Positions 55,182 to 55,640 of a stretch of DNA of 55,640 bases are shown here, piece by piece. A program made the translations under genes and the position numbers. The stretch is from a virus (Duplodnaviria > Caudoviricetes): positions 1 to 55,640 of the IMG/VR virus record IMGVR_UViG_3300027847_002824, one strand, 5' to 3'. Positions within the stretch are counted from its first letter, which is position 1; every line of letters starts with the position of its first letter. The notes under the pieces were generated by a model that had not been told where the DNA came from, did not search any database, and worked only from the letters and a program-made list of their open reading frames with translations.

Positions 55182-55640
55182 TTGACAACTTATAATGAAA
55201 TCACTTCAGGTGGTAGTATATCTACCGGGGTGGCGAACCAAAGCATTATTGCACGTCCAAGGTTAGTTGCACAAAAACATACAATCACTTTTGAAGTTGA
55301 TCTTAATCCTTCAATGAATGAAGTTTTTGGTCCGATAACTAATCAGAAAAATGTGGCCGTTTACAACGTCCGAACTGTTCCTCATGAGGTGGTGCTGACA
55401 GAACAAAGACAGTACAACAGATCAATGTGGATACCGGGATTGAGTTCCGTCCATGGTAGAAATCTAAAACATGGAGAAAGAGTGGCGGTACAAGGCAGTC
55501 AGGCTCAGTATGCCTTAAAGATGTTTACCACAGCTAATGGCCCACCGGTTTCTGGGATGGAATTACTTAAAGTGGTGGATGAAGAAACTGTTGTCCCAAG
55601 AGGTTTTTATCCTCCGGTGACTCATCCGAATACACCTTAG
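55182..55640 (+). CDS. hypothetical protein (possibly late/structural)
   Basis: AGGAGG RBS; upstream TAAATA 55149-55154. Confidence 0.7.
   Translation: MTTYNEITSGGSISTGVANQSIIARPRLVAQKHTITFEVDLNPSMNEVFGPITNQKNVAVYNVRTVPHEVVLTEQRQYNRSMWIPGLSSVHGRNLKHGERVAVQGSQAQYALKMFTTANGPPVSGMELLKVVDEETVVPRGFYPPVTHPNTP

Noticed and set aside
1-55640. Alternative genetic code (stop-codon reassignment seen in some large phages)
   Set aside because: Conserved genes are full length in the standard code, and TAA, TAG and TGA all end genes at expected positions

Overview
This window looks like part of a large (jumbo/huge) dsDNA bacteriophage genome using the standard code. Genes are densely packed and AT-rich. 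T4-superfamily-style replication and recombination genes are present (gp41/DnaB helicase, gp32-like SSB, RecA/UvsX, UvsY-like, gp4/TnsA-like nuclease, dNMP kinase), along with nucleotide metabolism (thyA, folA, MazG, Nudix, deoxyribosyltransferase-like, thioredoxin). Host-type accessory genes include GlpX, HldE, ClpP, a PrkA-YeaH-SpoVR set, an ExbB/ExbD-like three-gene membrane module, a type II restriction-modification-like pair and several glycan-modifying enzymes. I found no tRNA, rRNA or CRISPR array. Main unexplained signals: (1) a ~500-nt highly base-paired, probably pseudoknotted noncoding region with its own promoter, directly upstream of a thumb-less family A polymerase and a region-2-only sigma-like gene; (2) a shared C-terminal W-x-[EQ]-[ED]-G-F tag on four unrelated small proteins; (3) a shared N-terminal F-K/R-x-W/F motif resembling the T4 capsid-targeting sequence, associated with a TA-N-ATA candidate late promoter; (4) a DnaE ending just before its catalytic aspartates; (5) a metallothionein-like lipoprotein; (6) an ORF interrupted by an 8-bp repeat expansion. 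All calls come from reading motifs by eye; no database searches were run.
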